64,000 nt of DNA from positions 17,761,668-17,825,667 of the forward strand of contig NC_068993.1 in assembly GCF_001194135.2 (NCBI RefSeq), written 5' to 3'. A program made the translations under genes and the position numbers. The stretch comes from Octopus bimaculoides. Taxonomy: Eukaryota. Under the pieces are notes generated by a model that saw nothing but the letters and a program-made list of their open reading frames with translations, made no database searches and was not told where the DNA came from. Shown here piece by piece: positions 1 through 12,520 of this stretch; position 1 is the first letter of the stretch, and every line of letters begins with the position of its first letter.

Positions 1-900
1 TATATATATACATATATATATATATATACACACACATACATATAATCACAATGAAGATATTTAAACCTCTTATAGGGATATTTTATCCAAAATACACTGG
101 TTTAATATATTATATTTTGAAGAGATATTTCTTCAATGAATATATAATATATAATATCGTAAAATATCAAACATAATTATCAAGTTAGAAAACAGAGAGA
201 CCTAATGGATACAAATTAATTTATTCATTACTTAACATATTCACCTACAACTGCTTCATTTCACAAACAAAATTGAAATTACAAAACATATATAAATATA
301 TAATTTTGCATTTTCAATGCCTAGTATGGAAAATCATCATGGTGTACAAAGGACAATAAGGATTACATCAGGATAAGTTTGGAATACTGGGTTGGACAGT
401 TTGACAGTTTCAAGAACTACACTGTGTTCCATTGTCTACTTCAGCATGATTTCTATGGCTAGAAGCTCTTCCCAGTGCCAACTGCTTTGCAGCTTGCACT
501 GTGTGCTCTTTTCATGCAACCAGCACTAGTGAGGTCACCATGGAGTTTGCAAGGTCCCCTTCAGCTGAGTGGAGCTACAACAGACAAGGAGGTGGCTTTC
601 GAATATGGGATAAAGGGTTATAACGATAGAGAAGAGACCAGAACATTATCATTTGTTTATTTTATGTCTGTTTTTTTCACGAGCTATTGAAGTATTGGCA
701 GGCATGAGTGTGTGGTAAGAAGTTTGGTTCCCAACCACATAGTTCTGGGTTCAGTCCCTCTGTGTGATACCAAAGTGTCACTCAGTATCTTCTGCTATAA
801 AGGCCAGTTAGTTGATTTGGTAGACAAAACCTGAAAGAAATGTCGCATGTGCACATGTGTCTGCGTATTTACTGATTGTTTATTTAGGCTTGTTACTCTA

Positions 901-2168
901 CAAAGTCTTGCAGATAAATTGAGACAATTTTTACAATGCGTAAAACTGGTTATAAATACTAAAATAATGGTAGTAGACAGATATAATTTTAATGTAACAT
1001 TTATTACTCAATATGGTCACTCTTTTGGGCAATTACTGCCTCCAAATGAGAACAAAATTGTTTTGCAGCTGCCACAACCTCCACCTTCTTGATTTTGTGT
1101 GTTGCATGCACAATGCATGTCTTCAAACTGTTGTCACTCAAGTGTGGTGAAGCATTGGTCCTTGCTTGAAGTATGCCTCATAAAAAGTAATCGAGAAGGT
1201 TGAGATTTGGGCTATTACTGGCCCAGATGTTGGCCCTCACAAAAAATGGCACCTTCTCACTAAGGAAGGCCTGTGTTGCTTTTGACTCATGGTATGGTAC
1301 AGAATCCTGGATGAACACCACATTGTCAAGCCCAAACTTCTGCTCCATCCAAGGTAACAGAGAGTTCTTCAGGATGTCCAGATATTCCTTTGTGTCGATC
1401 TTCAAGCCAGACTCAATGACTTGTGGATCCATAACACTCCCATCACTTGCCACAGCTCCAAATACCATGACAGAGGCAGGATTCTTAGTCTCAAGTACAG
1501 GAGGAAAATCAGAAGGGTTGTATACAATCACTCAAGAATTTTTGCAATTCACATCAGCGTCCACAGTGAACTTCTTCTCGTCCACAAACAAGAGTTTTTC
1601 CTGCACCTTGAAGCTTGATGAATGACAAAAGCTTTGGGCTTCTCTCAGCTTTGATTGCTTTGGCTTTGGCTGTTAGGTGACAGCGTCATCAAACTTAGCT
1701 AGTCATGCCAAGATTCCTGTTCACAGTTCTGGACACTGTGGAAAGGGACACATTGCATTTCTTTGGAAGAGTTGTCATGGATGTGGATGGGTTGGCTTCA
1801 ATTGAGCATTTGAGGACAGCAAGAAACTTTGGATTGCGCTTGGAATCACTTTGAGTCTTGTGATCTTTTCTGTCATTCTTTCCCCTCTTCATTAGATTAT
1901 CTATACAGGTGAGAAACTGTTGCTTTTGGAAATTTCATAAACTTAACAATTTTATTGGCTGTGTACCCAGCACACATCAAAACAACAATGGGAGAACGGT
2001 TTTGTTGTTCCATGACTTTATGTTGTTGAATCAGTTCACTATTCACCTGAAAAATAAAGAGGAGGATCAGATTTCCAAGCAAGAAAAGTTTTGTCAAAAA
2101 AAAAGGAAATGTTAAACCCACTAAGTCCAACTCCTTAAAATTGGTCTCAATTTATCTGCAAGACCTTG
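901..2168 (-). mobile_element. Full-length decayed Tc1/mariner transposon, maT (DD37D) type
   Basis: About 30-bp TIRs (CAAAGTCTTGCAGATAAATTGAGAC vs reverse complement CAAGGTCTTGCAGATAAATTGAGAC), TA on both flanks. Minus-strand fragments FVDEKKFTVD, TKNPASVMVFGAVASDG and QDSVPYH...SPNLNLLD, with 37 residues between the 2nd and 3rd Asp. Confidence 0.9.
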
Positions 2169-2773
2169 TACAGTGTTCATAGTGTGTAGTTACTTTGTCA
2201 GACAAGAATAACTGAGATAGTTTGTCTTTCCTGAAGAAGTGACTGTAACTGGAAACTCTCGGGTAACAAGTCATTGGTCTGACTAAAATAAACAACTGCA
2301 ATTCACATTTGTATTGGATATTTCTAGGTCATTACTTAATAAAGGATATATATATATATCCTCCTCATCATCATTTAATGTCCACTTTTCCATGCTTGCA
2401 TGGATCAGATGGAGTTTATTGGATGCAGATTTTCTATGGCTGGATGCTCTTCCTGTCTCTAACACTCACTTGTTTCCAAGCTAAGTAATATTACCCCATG
2501 GCCAGACATGTTTTCACAAATAGACTGGAAATGAAAGACACTCATTTACAACTATCATGCATTGTCAAGATGAGGTGCAAACATGCACACATAGACACAC
2601 ATACACATATGTGCACACAATAACATGCACACACACACACACACACACATGCATGATGGTCTTCTTTCAGTTTCTTTCTACCTAATTCACTCCCAAGAGT
2701 TTGGTTGGCCCAGGGCTATAATAGTAGGCAGTTACCCAAGGTGCCATACAGTGGCTGGGGAGCAAACTTCTTA

Positions 2774-2812
<39 letters not shown>

Positions 2813-2813
<1 letters not shown>

Positions 2814-3190
2814 TGGGTCATCCCATAAATAATGCAGTTTTTTAAATTGCATGAACTAAAAGTTGGAGGGGGACAGGGTAAACTAGCTGCATCAATTTGC
2901 TATAATGCAGGTAGTAATTTTACCTTGTACGTATTCTTAGTGCAAGTTTAGAAGAGTGCAGTTCAATTCAAACAGTTATTTTTTCAAAGATATAATAGAA
3001 GTGACAAAGGTGTATATTCAGCATATTTTGCTTTATGAGTTCAATAACAGCAACAACACAACAGAAAGTGCAAGGGATATTAATGCAGTATATGGGGATC
3101 AGACAATAAGGATAAGCTAGTGTCAATGGTGGTTCCAGAAATTCTGAGCCAGAAACTACAGCCTAGAAGAGAAGCCTCATCCTGGACCCA
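2813..3190 (+). mobile_element. 5'-end fragment of a DD34D mariner (same family as 17741-19014)
   Basis: TA + TIR TTGGGTCATCCCATAAATAATGCAG, then HILLYEFN...YGDQTIRIS*CQWWFQKF. Near-identical to the reverse complement of 18660-19014. Confidence 0.85.
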
Positions 3191-3502
3191 AACCACAGTA
3201 AATTGCCTATCAATGGTGTATATACATTAAATATGCTACATAGATGTCTATTTTAATTTAATACTGCTTCAGTTGCATACATCGAATTATATGAACTATT
3301 TTTCTAATTGGAAAAATGATTTTGTTTTTGTTGAATACATTATGAGTAATATTTATGATAGGAATATATTTTATGAAAAAAAAAAACAATATTTGCATAA
3401 AATGAATCTATTCAAGGTCCATTTTGTGATGGGAGTGGTGAGATAATTACAGGATATTGGTTGTAGAGAACTGCTAATTTATTTTCATTCGGGGAAGATT
3501 AC

Positions 3503-3877
3503 NNNNNNNNNNNNNNNNNNNNNNNNNNNNNNNNNNNNNNNNNNNNNNNNNNNNNNNNNNNNNNNNNNNNNNNNNNNNNNNNNNNNNNNNNNNNNNNNNN
3601 NNNNNNNNNNNNNNNNNNNNNNNNNNNNNNNNNNNNNNNNNNNNNNNNNNNNNNNNNNNNNNNNNNNNNNNNNNNNNNNNNNNNNNNNNNNNNNNNNNNN
3701 NNNNNNNNNNNNNNNNNNNNNNNNNNNNNNNNNNNNNNNNNNNNNNNNNNNNNNNNNNNNNNNNNNNNNNNNNNNNNNNNNNNNNNNNNNNNNNNNNNNN
3801 NNNNNNNNNNNNNNNNNNNNNNNNNNNNNNNNNNNNNNNNNNNNNNNNNNNNNNNNNNNNNNNNNNNNNNNNNNNNN
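3503..3877. other. Assembly gap (others: 6382-6405, 11965-12064, 37097-37641, 60404-60413, 61655-62286)
   Basis: Runs of N. Confidence 1.
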
Positions 3878-4154
3878 GGACTGGCTCCTGTGCAGGTGGT
3901 ACGTAAAAAACACCATGTTGAGCATGGCCGTTGCCAGTACCGCATGACTGGCCCTCGTGCCGGTGGCACGTAAAAGCACCCACTACACTCTCGGAGTGGT
4001 TGGCATTAGGAAGGGCATCCAGCTGTAGAAACTCTGCCAGATCAGATTGGAGCCTGGTGCAGCCATCCGGTTCACCAGTCCTCAGTCAAATCGTCCAACC
4101 CATGCTAGCATGGAAAGCGGACGTTAAACGATGATGATGATGATGATGATGATG
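3878..4154 (+). mobile_element. Retroposon family E with (GAT)n tail
   Basis: GGTTGGCATTAGGAAGGGCATCCAGCTGTAGAAAC core, ends GGACGTTAAAC(GAT)n. Relatives near 2365-2570, 13265-13520, 17475-17660, 28530-28890, 29860-30065, 40960-41110, 43350-43635, 48845-49520 and 53950-54740. Confidence 0.75.
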
Positions 4155-4277
4155 AAATGTGGAAGCCTTTCTTGTGTGTGTTTGTGTTTGTTCCCCGTCA
4201 CCACTTAACAGTCAGTGTTGGTTTGTTTATGTCCCCATAACTTAGCAATGTGGCCAAAAAGACCGATAGTATTCTTT

Positions 4278-4685
4278 TATTCTATTACTTGTTTCGGTCA
4301 TTTGACTGCAGTCATGCTGGAACACTGCCTTAAAGGGTTTTTTAGAAGAAGAAATCAACCCCAGTAAGCCTTGTAAGCCTATCACTATTCTATTGATCAC
4401 TTTTGCTGAACCACTAAGTTATGGGGACGTAAATGCACCAACATCGGTTGTCAAGCAATGGTGGGGGACAAACACAGACACAAAGATACACTCACATAAA
4501 TACACGCACACACACACACACACACGTATGACAGGGTTCTTAAAGTTTCCATCTGCCAAATCCACTCACAAGGCTTTGGTTGGCCTGAGACTATAGTAGA
4601 AGACACTTGCCCAAGGTGCCACGCAGTGCGGCTGAACCCAGAACCATGTGGTTGGGAAGCAAGCTTCTTACCACACAGCCATGGT
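4278..4685 (-). mobile_element. SINE family A copy
   Basis: Colinear with 14786-15244; short internal (CA)n. Confidence 0.8.
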
Positions 4686-7600
4686 TGTGTCTCTCAGTAT
4701 GGTATAAGTACCAGACTTAAATACTGAAGTCAATTTGTTTAACTAAAATCCCTCAAGGTGGCACTCCAGCACCGTTGCAGTCCAATAGCTGAAATGGGTA
4801 AAAAATAACTTACATACAAAAAGAAATGAATACATAACATAAATATCTTTCATGTATTTTGCATAGTTGTGTCATATCAATGATATATACATTTGTAAAT
4901 TACAGGTCGTTACTCAGCACAATGTGAAATGTATTGGAATGATTTTGTTGTCTAATCAAATACATTATGAAGAAAATATATGACATTAAATTGAAAAGTC
5001 TGATAAAGGAAATACATTAGAATATAAACTAGAACATACATTATTATAGGATAAAATTTAAAATCGATTAAAGTAAAAATAAGAGGAAATATAAGTTTGT
5101 ATAGTTTGAAATAGTTGTTGGTTCAATTAGAGGGTAAGTTCTGATAAAGTTAACTGCAGTCAAATAATTTTAATGAAACTTAATAATTAAATAAACATAA
5201 TTAATGGTGGGACAGTAATTGAGTCTAAGGTTAAGTAATTAATTGAATGCATCAAACGATGTACTCTTCGAGATTCTACAAGTCCTGGGTTTATCATTTA
5301 CTGTTGTGTTGTTTGTATGATGGATCATTATTAAATTTCATTGCTATAATAATAATTAAAATATTTGTTGTTCTTTGTGGAAATAAACTATATGTGGAAA
5401 ATGTTGTCTTGGTAGAAGTAGATATCAGGCAATCTAAAGGTTAGTGGAAGTACACTAATTTACTAGATATGTGTGGAGCTTTTTGGTCAGTAAATTGATT
5501 ATTCTGAAATAAAATTTGTTTGAAAGATTCTAATATTCTAAAAATCTTCTGTCTGCAATATGAAATAAATTCCAAGTGTCAGTTAAGTACTTTAAAGGTG
5601 TAAAAATAGATTATTATAAGATTTGAGGTGCACAGCTGACAAAATGCTTCATTGTTTCTGTAAGTTTTGTAAAGGAGAAAATTTTCTGTCTTAAGTAACA
5701 GATGTATTAGTTTACTTTGAATTTCAAATATAGGTCAATAGTGAGTGTGTCACCTTTTCTGTTCTATATTTTAATTTCTGAACATTTTTGTGTGAGGGAG
5801 AGAGAGTGAGTGACTAGGGATGTTAATAAAACCTTCTTTTGGATATATTGGCTATAAACCTTAAAAAATTGAGGCCAACTTGGTGTTGACCATAGTGCAA
5901 TAAACTAATTCTTTTAACTTTACATCTGCTTCAGTGGAAAATTGCAAGTGTTAATACAATTACAGTTAGATGTATAACAATTGGAAGATAACTTTGATAG
6001 GTTTCGACTATGTCTAACTTCATAGCACCACCTGGTAAAGACTATATTTCTTCCTTTGTTTTTTTTTTTGTCAATATAGTAGAGTTCACTAGTGTGTATG
6101 TAAGTGACAAATATCCATTTTGTTTCACTAATATTTGACAAACCTAACTTGATAAAACTTCAGAATTATTCTCTCTGTGTGTGTAAATATAGTCTTCTAA
6201 AAATTTATAAGTTGTATTTTTTCCATACCTCCATCCCTGAAGAGCATGTGTATTAGCTAAACATCGAGTTATCTAACATCTGTTGTGAAACCAATTGTTA
6301 AGATTGACTGTAATGGACCTATAATACTATACATGTTATATATATATATATACATGTTATATATATATACATATATATATANNNNNNNNNNNNNNNNNNN
6401 NNNNNATATATATATTATGCATATATAAAAATACATACGTATACATGTATATAAACACATACATACACACATATATGAAGTGATTGAGAAACCTACTACA
6501 GTGCAACCTACAAATAAAAGTGAAAACAAAAGCAAAGGTTTACACCCTACATCATATTTCAAAAGATATTAATAAGAGCTTTGAAATGTCTGTATCAGTA
6601 AAAATGGCCATGGTATTTATTCCAGTTTAGGAAATGAAGCGATCATCAACAACAGACAAGAGTTGTACTTGCTAATTTTTAACATTAACCATCTGCAAAT
6701 GTCATTCCCATCATCAGCTCCCCCTTTAACATAGATATCCGTGCAATACAGAACTAACTCAACCCCCGTTATTCCTATTTAGGATATTTAAAGCCATAAT
6801 ATGGAAATATGAGGTAGCAGCACAAATCTTTGTTTATTCACATAACATTGTATTTTAGTGGCTTTCAGTTACCTTTAGTTCTGTTTCACAATGCTTCAGA
6901 TAAACTATACAACCCTTATAAATGTGTGTGTAAAAGGGAAACCTTATCTTTATACAGTACTTTATGAATGTGCACTATAAAGGTGCTACTTAAGTTTCAT
7001 GGAGGGCAGTTACTCATAGTTTATACAGTGTACACATATCAGTTGCTGGGTTCTTTTCTGTAGCGCCCACACCAGTGAAGTTACCAAGTAACTTGCAAGA
7101 CAGAAAAGGTCTCTCAAGTGAGTGAGGCTGTAGAGAGGGAAGTGACTTTATGTCAAGTGTTGAGGCTAGATAGGACAAGAACAGGTGTCTTGCTGTAGAG
7201 GAGACATATGGCTACTCAGCATTATATAAGGATGGGTGGGCATAGCTGGGAAGAAAGCGATAAAGATGATGGTAACAAGGTGATATTTCATTTACTTTTA
7301 CTTTATTTGTTAGAGGACTGACCATACTGGAGCATAGCCCTCAAGAGTATATAGTCGAATATATCAACCATAGTAGTGGTACATATTTTATCAACCTTAG
7401 CAAGGTGAAATGTAAAGCAAAATTTGAACACATAGCCTAAAGTGCTTTAAATACCACAAGGTACCTTGCTCAGCATTTTACTGATTCTACCATACACACA
7501 CACATATATACTTTTATACACACAAGCACACACCTATACACCCACAAGCACATACACAAGTGTTTGAAACATATATGTACGTATATATATGTATGCATGC

Positions 7601-8482
7601 ATATAAACACATATATCCATATACTCAAGTATATTCGTTAATTATTCTAATTGAAAAATTAGCCACTGTTATAAACATATAGCCTTATTAGATAATGCCA
7701 ATTTTATTTTGGTTCATAAAATTATTATGAAATCATTAAAATAATTCAATAAATATAAAATCAATTATTTCATATAATGTTAAATACAAATTCTTCCATT
7801 CTTTTTTCTACCTTTCAATGTTACTTCCATTACAAGAATAACTTCCTTTCCTTTTTATCTGTGTGATCTTCTTATTTCTTTAATATTGTTGTTGCTTAGC
7901 CCCTAATCCAGTAGGCCCTCCATGACTGAGGCAATAGCAGCCATGACTATCCCATCTCTTCCTTTTTTCATTCTCTTTCTATTTCTGAGACTACATTATT
8001 CAGTGTGTTGCTACCTTTTCACAATGGTAGGGTTTGTGTATGTGTCACTTGAGAGAGATTTTGTTGCTATTTCCAGCATGTTGATTGACTGTTTACATGG
8101 GTATGAGATGTTTTGGCACAACTGTTTTGTTGCCACCTATTTGACATCACTGATTTGATGATGACTTATTTGACATAACACATTTTAGTGTTTCTCTCAC
8201 ACCCTTGCTTTCTTTTCCTCCTTACTCTTTGTTTATGTGTGTGAGCATATTTCTTTTTATGTATATGAGGAGAGGGAAATTGCTTTATGTCAATTGTGTT
8301 CAATTAATATACTTTATTCTTTCTCTCTTTTTCTCTGCACCAATCGTTGGCATCCAAACAGCAGCACCCAATCATTTTATTCTGTCGTAGTCTTTGATGT
8401 GTATGTGAGTTGAATTTTTGTTTTTGGAAGTTATTTTAGACATTTCTCACTTGTTATAGATAACCAATGTTTGGTTCCACTT

Positions 8483-8700
8483 AGGCGATGAACTGGCAGA
8501 ATTGTTAGCATGCCAGGAAAATGCTTAGCAGCATTTCATCTGCCTTTACATTCTGGGTCCAAAATCTGCCAAAGCTAACTTTGCTTTTCATCCTTTTGGG
8601 GCCGATAGAATAGGTACCAGTTAAACACTGAGGTTGATATAATCAACTTACTGCCTCCTCTGAATTTGCTGGCCTTGTCCCAAAATTTGAAACCAATGTT
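8483..8700 (+). mobile_element. tRNA-headed SINE family D with probable TSD
   Basis: GGCGATGAACTGGCAGAA head, GCTTTTCATCCTTTTGGGG core; AACCAATGTTTGGT-like sequence on both sides. Confidence 0.75.
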
Positions 8701-9194
8701 TGGTGCCATTGTTATCTAAAATAGATTACCTAATCTTAGATATTTATACAGGTGGAATGTCATAGCTGGAATACTTTTGATTATAGGCCTGCTGGATTAG
8801 GGCTATTCTGGGATTAAATTATGACAGCAACAGCAACAGTAGCAGGTGGTAAATAAAACCTAGAAACTATATGATTCCCCTGCAGAGGAAAGTGAAAGAG
8901 TATGAAACTGTAATTCTAACTCAAGAAGTTTCTACCTCTTGTCTTCTCCAGTCTCAAAAAAGAGAAGAGATGAAGTTTGATCTCACCACTACAAGATAGC
9001 AACAAATCTCTGGGCTATTAGAGCAGGATTTGATACTACTGAAGAGTTCAAAACCTGCTGATGTCAACATTACCTTTTCATCATTGTGGTATTGATGAAG
9101 TAAAGTACTAGTCATGTTCTGGGGTTCATATAATCAAATCAGCTATACCAGTGTTTCCCAAATTTATTTTGTCACAGAATCCTTATTCTTTTTT

Positions 9195-9429
9195 TCTTTT
9201 ACTTGTTTCAGTCATTTGACTGTGGCCATGCTGGAGCACTTGCCCTAAAGGGTTTTAGTTGATGAAATTGACCCCCAGAACTTATTTGTTGTAAGCCTAG
9301 TACTTATTCTATCAGTCTCTTTTGCTGAACCGCTAAGTTACAGGGATGTAAACACACCAACATCGGTTGTCAAGCAATGGTGGGGGAGACAAACACAGAC
9401 ACAAAGACACACATAAATATATATGTATA

Positions 9430-9469
<40 letters not shown>

Positions 9470-9623
9470 CATATACATATATGTGTATATATATACATAT
9501 ATATATATATATTTATACATATACATATATGTGTATATATATACATATATATATATATACATATATACATATACATATACATATATATATGTAAATATAT
9601 ATATATATATACACACATACACA

Positions 9624-9665
<42 letters not shown>

Positions 9666-9825
9666 AGAGGCTTCTTTCAGTTTCCGTCCACCAAATCCAC
9701 TCACAAAGCTTTGGGTTGACTTGAGGCTATAGTAGAAGATACTTGCCCAAGATGCCACGCAGTGGGGCTAAACCCAGAACCATGTGGTTGGGAACCAAAT
9801 TTCTTACCACACAGCTACACCTGTG
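9195..9825 (-). mobile_element. SINE family A copy with about 250-bp internal compound microsatellite
   Basis: Family A flanks around (TA)n/(TATACA)n/(CA)n at 9410-9665. Confidence 0.8.
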
Positions 9826-11594
9826 CTTATGTAATTTTTTTTTTTTTTTGCTGAGCCCATACCAATATTTCACTAACAAACTCTCTCTAATTTTAATATA
9901 ACATTCATTAAATGAACTGTTTTTGAGAGAGAATTTTTTAAACAAGAAAACAAAACACCGTTTAACCATTTCTTAGTGTGAAAACGGTGAATACCTCATT
10001 TGTCATAAAATAAATTTATATTTAATCCTTTAAAGTACACTTCATCTCATGAAACCCCAGAATATTTTACAGAGCTCTGGGAGTTCCTTGCTATCCTCTT
10101 TTGGAAACACCTGATTATACCTCTCCTCCAAATTTAAAAACTTATGCTTATGTTTGTGGCACCATTTATTCTTTTATTTTTTTATATGTTTCAGCCCAAA
10201 GGCTTTGGTCATGCTGGAGTTATTTCAATGCTTTCAAATGGAATTAGGCTTCTGTCTCCAAAATCCTTGTTCATAACCTTTTCACTTCACTTTTTTTTTT
10301 CTTATTCTTTGATGAAGCATTTCAGAGTTTCAATTCTCATTTTCCTTATTTTCTTTTTTTCCTTTTTTTTTTCTTTTTTCTTTTCTTGCTTTTCCGAAAT
10401 GCTTGACTCCATGTCCCCTAAGACAAAGACCAGAGGAAAATATTATATTATAGTGTATCTCTTACATTACACCAGAATCATAGAAACCTCTGTCAGGAAA
10501 GACTAATGCTTTGTTTCAATTTCTTCTTAGGTTATGACTGGGGAAAAACACCCAGGGACGCCTGCTGCATGGAAACATAATAGTAAAATGGGCACTAGCA
10601 TACTTGAAATAGTAAGCCAAGAAATTTTAATTAACTATATTACACTCTTAGTGATGAGATGACCTCCTGCTTGTTGACACCTCCCTTTCTTTCCTCCTTC
10701 CTTCCTTCCTTCCTTCCTTCCTTTGTTCTTCCCTTTTTTATATTTCTTAATTAATCCAACAGTGATCAGTAGGAGCCAACTCTTATTCTGGCCACACACA
10801 CACAAACAATTTAACTCTGCACGTTAACGATACACTCGTTAGTTCATACTGCTTCCACTGCTTATATTAATTGCATGTGCATGTTGTTCCCATTGTAGTT
10901 GAATTAAGTTATTTGAGAGAAAATTAATTACATTGGAATATTTTCCAGAGATGTCTTGTGCATGAAAAACATATAACCAAGTGCAGGCTAATGTATTTAA
11001 TGTAATGAGCCAAAAAGAGAATTTTTAATCAATTGAAATTATACCGAAGATGGTACTTCGGTATGGCCTTGATTGCAATGGTTTAAAGAATTTTTTTAAA
11101 AATCCTTATCAGATAAAAAATCATTACCTTTTATGATAATTCTTATCAAGAATGGCAAGGGAGAAAAATCTGATTTTAAACTTTAAAACAGTGATGAATC
11201 TAATCTTTGGTAGATACTGTGGAAACTCTAGATGCATTTCAGTCTTATGAAATCTCAGTGAAAAAGTTCTAACACTATCTACTAGACTTTAGAATGATTT
11301 TGAGAGGATATATGTAGTCTTTTGTATCAGACTATAGTGCTAGTGACATGATAATCTCTGCCAACTTTTCAGATGGTTGTACAATACTATCTATCCTACC
11401 CATATATGTTTACTGTTAACTGATTAAAGAAAGACGGAAAAAATAAATGAATAGAAAATAATTACATTTCTGTAGAATTTCATTATTTGATGTCATCAAT
11501 AATCAAGTGTATTCCCCCTTTTCAGTTAATTTCTCTAGAATTGGTAAGATATAATTGCAACCAAACAAACTACTAGAAATTCCTGGAATACCTT

Positions 11595-11819
11595 CAACCT
11601 TTTCGCATTCAGATTATTCAAACATAATGCTTATTTATTGAAATTGGTTTGAATTAATTATGCATTATCTAGTAGCTTCAAGATATCAATGATGTTGATT
11701 GTATATTTTTAGAATGACATTGTATGGTAGGTGTGAGAGGCTGAATCTGGCCAAATCGAACATAAAGCATGTAGAATATATGGGCCAGATATGGCCGGTT
11801 TAAATGCTAAAGGGTTAAC
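11595..11819. mobile_element. Family H TTAA MITE copy
   Basis: Similar to 29160-29379; ends AAATGCTAAGGGGTTAA. Confidence 0.7.
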
Positions 11820-12149
11820 CTTGTACCTGTTACTTAAGTGCAAGCATGGCTTCCCAAACACATGGTTCTGAGTTCAGTCCCATTGCATGACCAAAGCCTT
11901 GTGAGTGGATTTGGTAGACAGTACTGAATGAAGCCCATCGTGCATATATATATATATATATATANNNNNNNNNNNNNNNNNNNNNNNNNNNNNNNNNNNN
12001 NNNNNNNNNNNNNNNNNNNNNNNNNNNNNNNNNNNNNNNNNNNNNNNNNNNNNNNNNNNNNNNNAAAAAACCAACTCCGGTATCCAAGCACCGGTATCCA
12101 AACACACACAAAGACATACAGACATACATATATATGATGGGCTTCTTTT

Positions 12150-12520
12150 ATCTTTTACTTGTTTCAGTCATTTGACTGTGGCCATGTTAGGGCACCGCCT
12201 TGAAGGGTCTTAGTCTAACAAATCAACCCCAGGACTTATTTCCTTAAGCGTCGTACTTATTCTTTCAGTCTCTCTTGCTGAACCGCTAAGTTATGGGGAT
12301 GTAAATACAACAACGCTTGTTGTCAGGTGGTGGTGGGAACAAACACAGACACATACATATGTATGTACAACAAGCTTCTTTCAGTTTCCGTCTACCAAAT
12401 CCACTCACTAGGCTTTGGTTGGCCCAAGGCTATAGTAGAAGATACTTGCCAAAGGTGCCACACAGTGGGACTGAACCCGGAACCATGTGATTGAGAAGCA
12501 AGCTGCCTACCACATAGCCA
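12150..12520 (-). mobile_element. SINE family A copy (partial copies also at 11842-11945 + and 12545-12675 -)
   Basis: Similarity to family A. Confidence 0.75.

Noticed and set aside
3474-3983. Long ORFs over N runs (also 11830-12137, 37053-37697, 61628-62317)
   Set aside because: Artefacts of assembly gaps.
6232-6272. Hammerhead-like CTGAAGAGC...GCTAAACATC
   Set aside because: Core GAAA is mutated to TAAA and stem II is only 2 bp.
6763-6820. Possible upstream exon 6783-6813
   Set aside because: Weak donor (GTAGCA), ATG followed by an in-frame stop, no homology; not supportable without transcripts.
11041-11075. Helitron 3' end
   Set aside because: Hairpin is present but no CTRR terminus follows at the expected distance.
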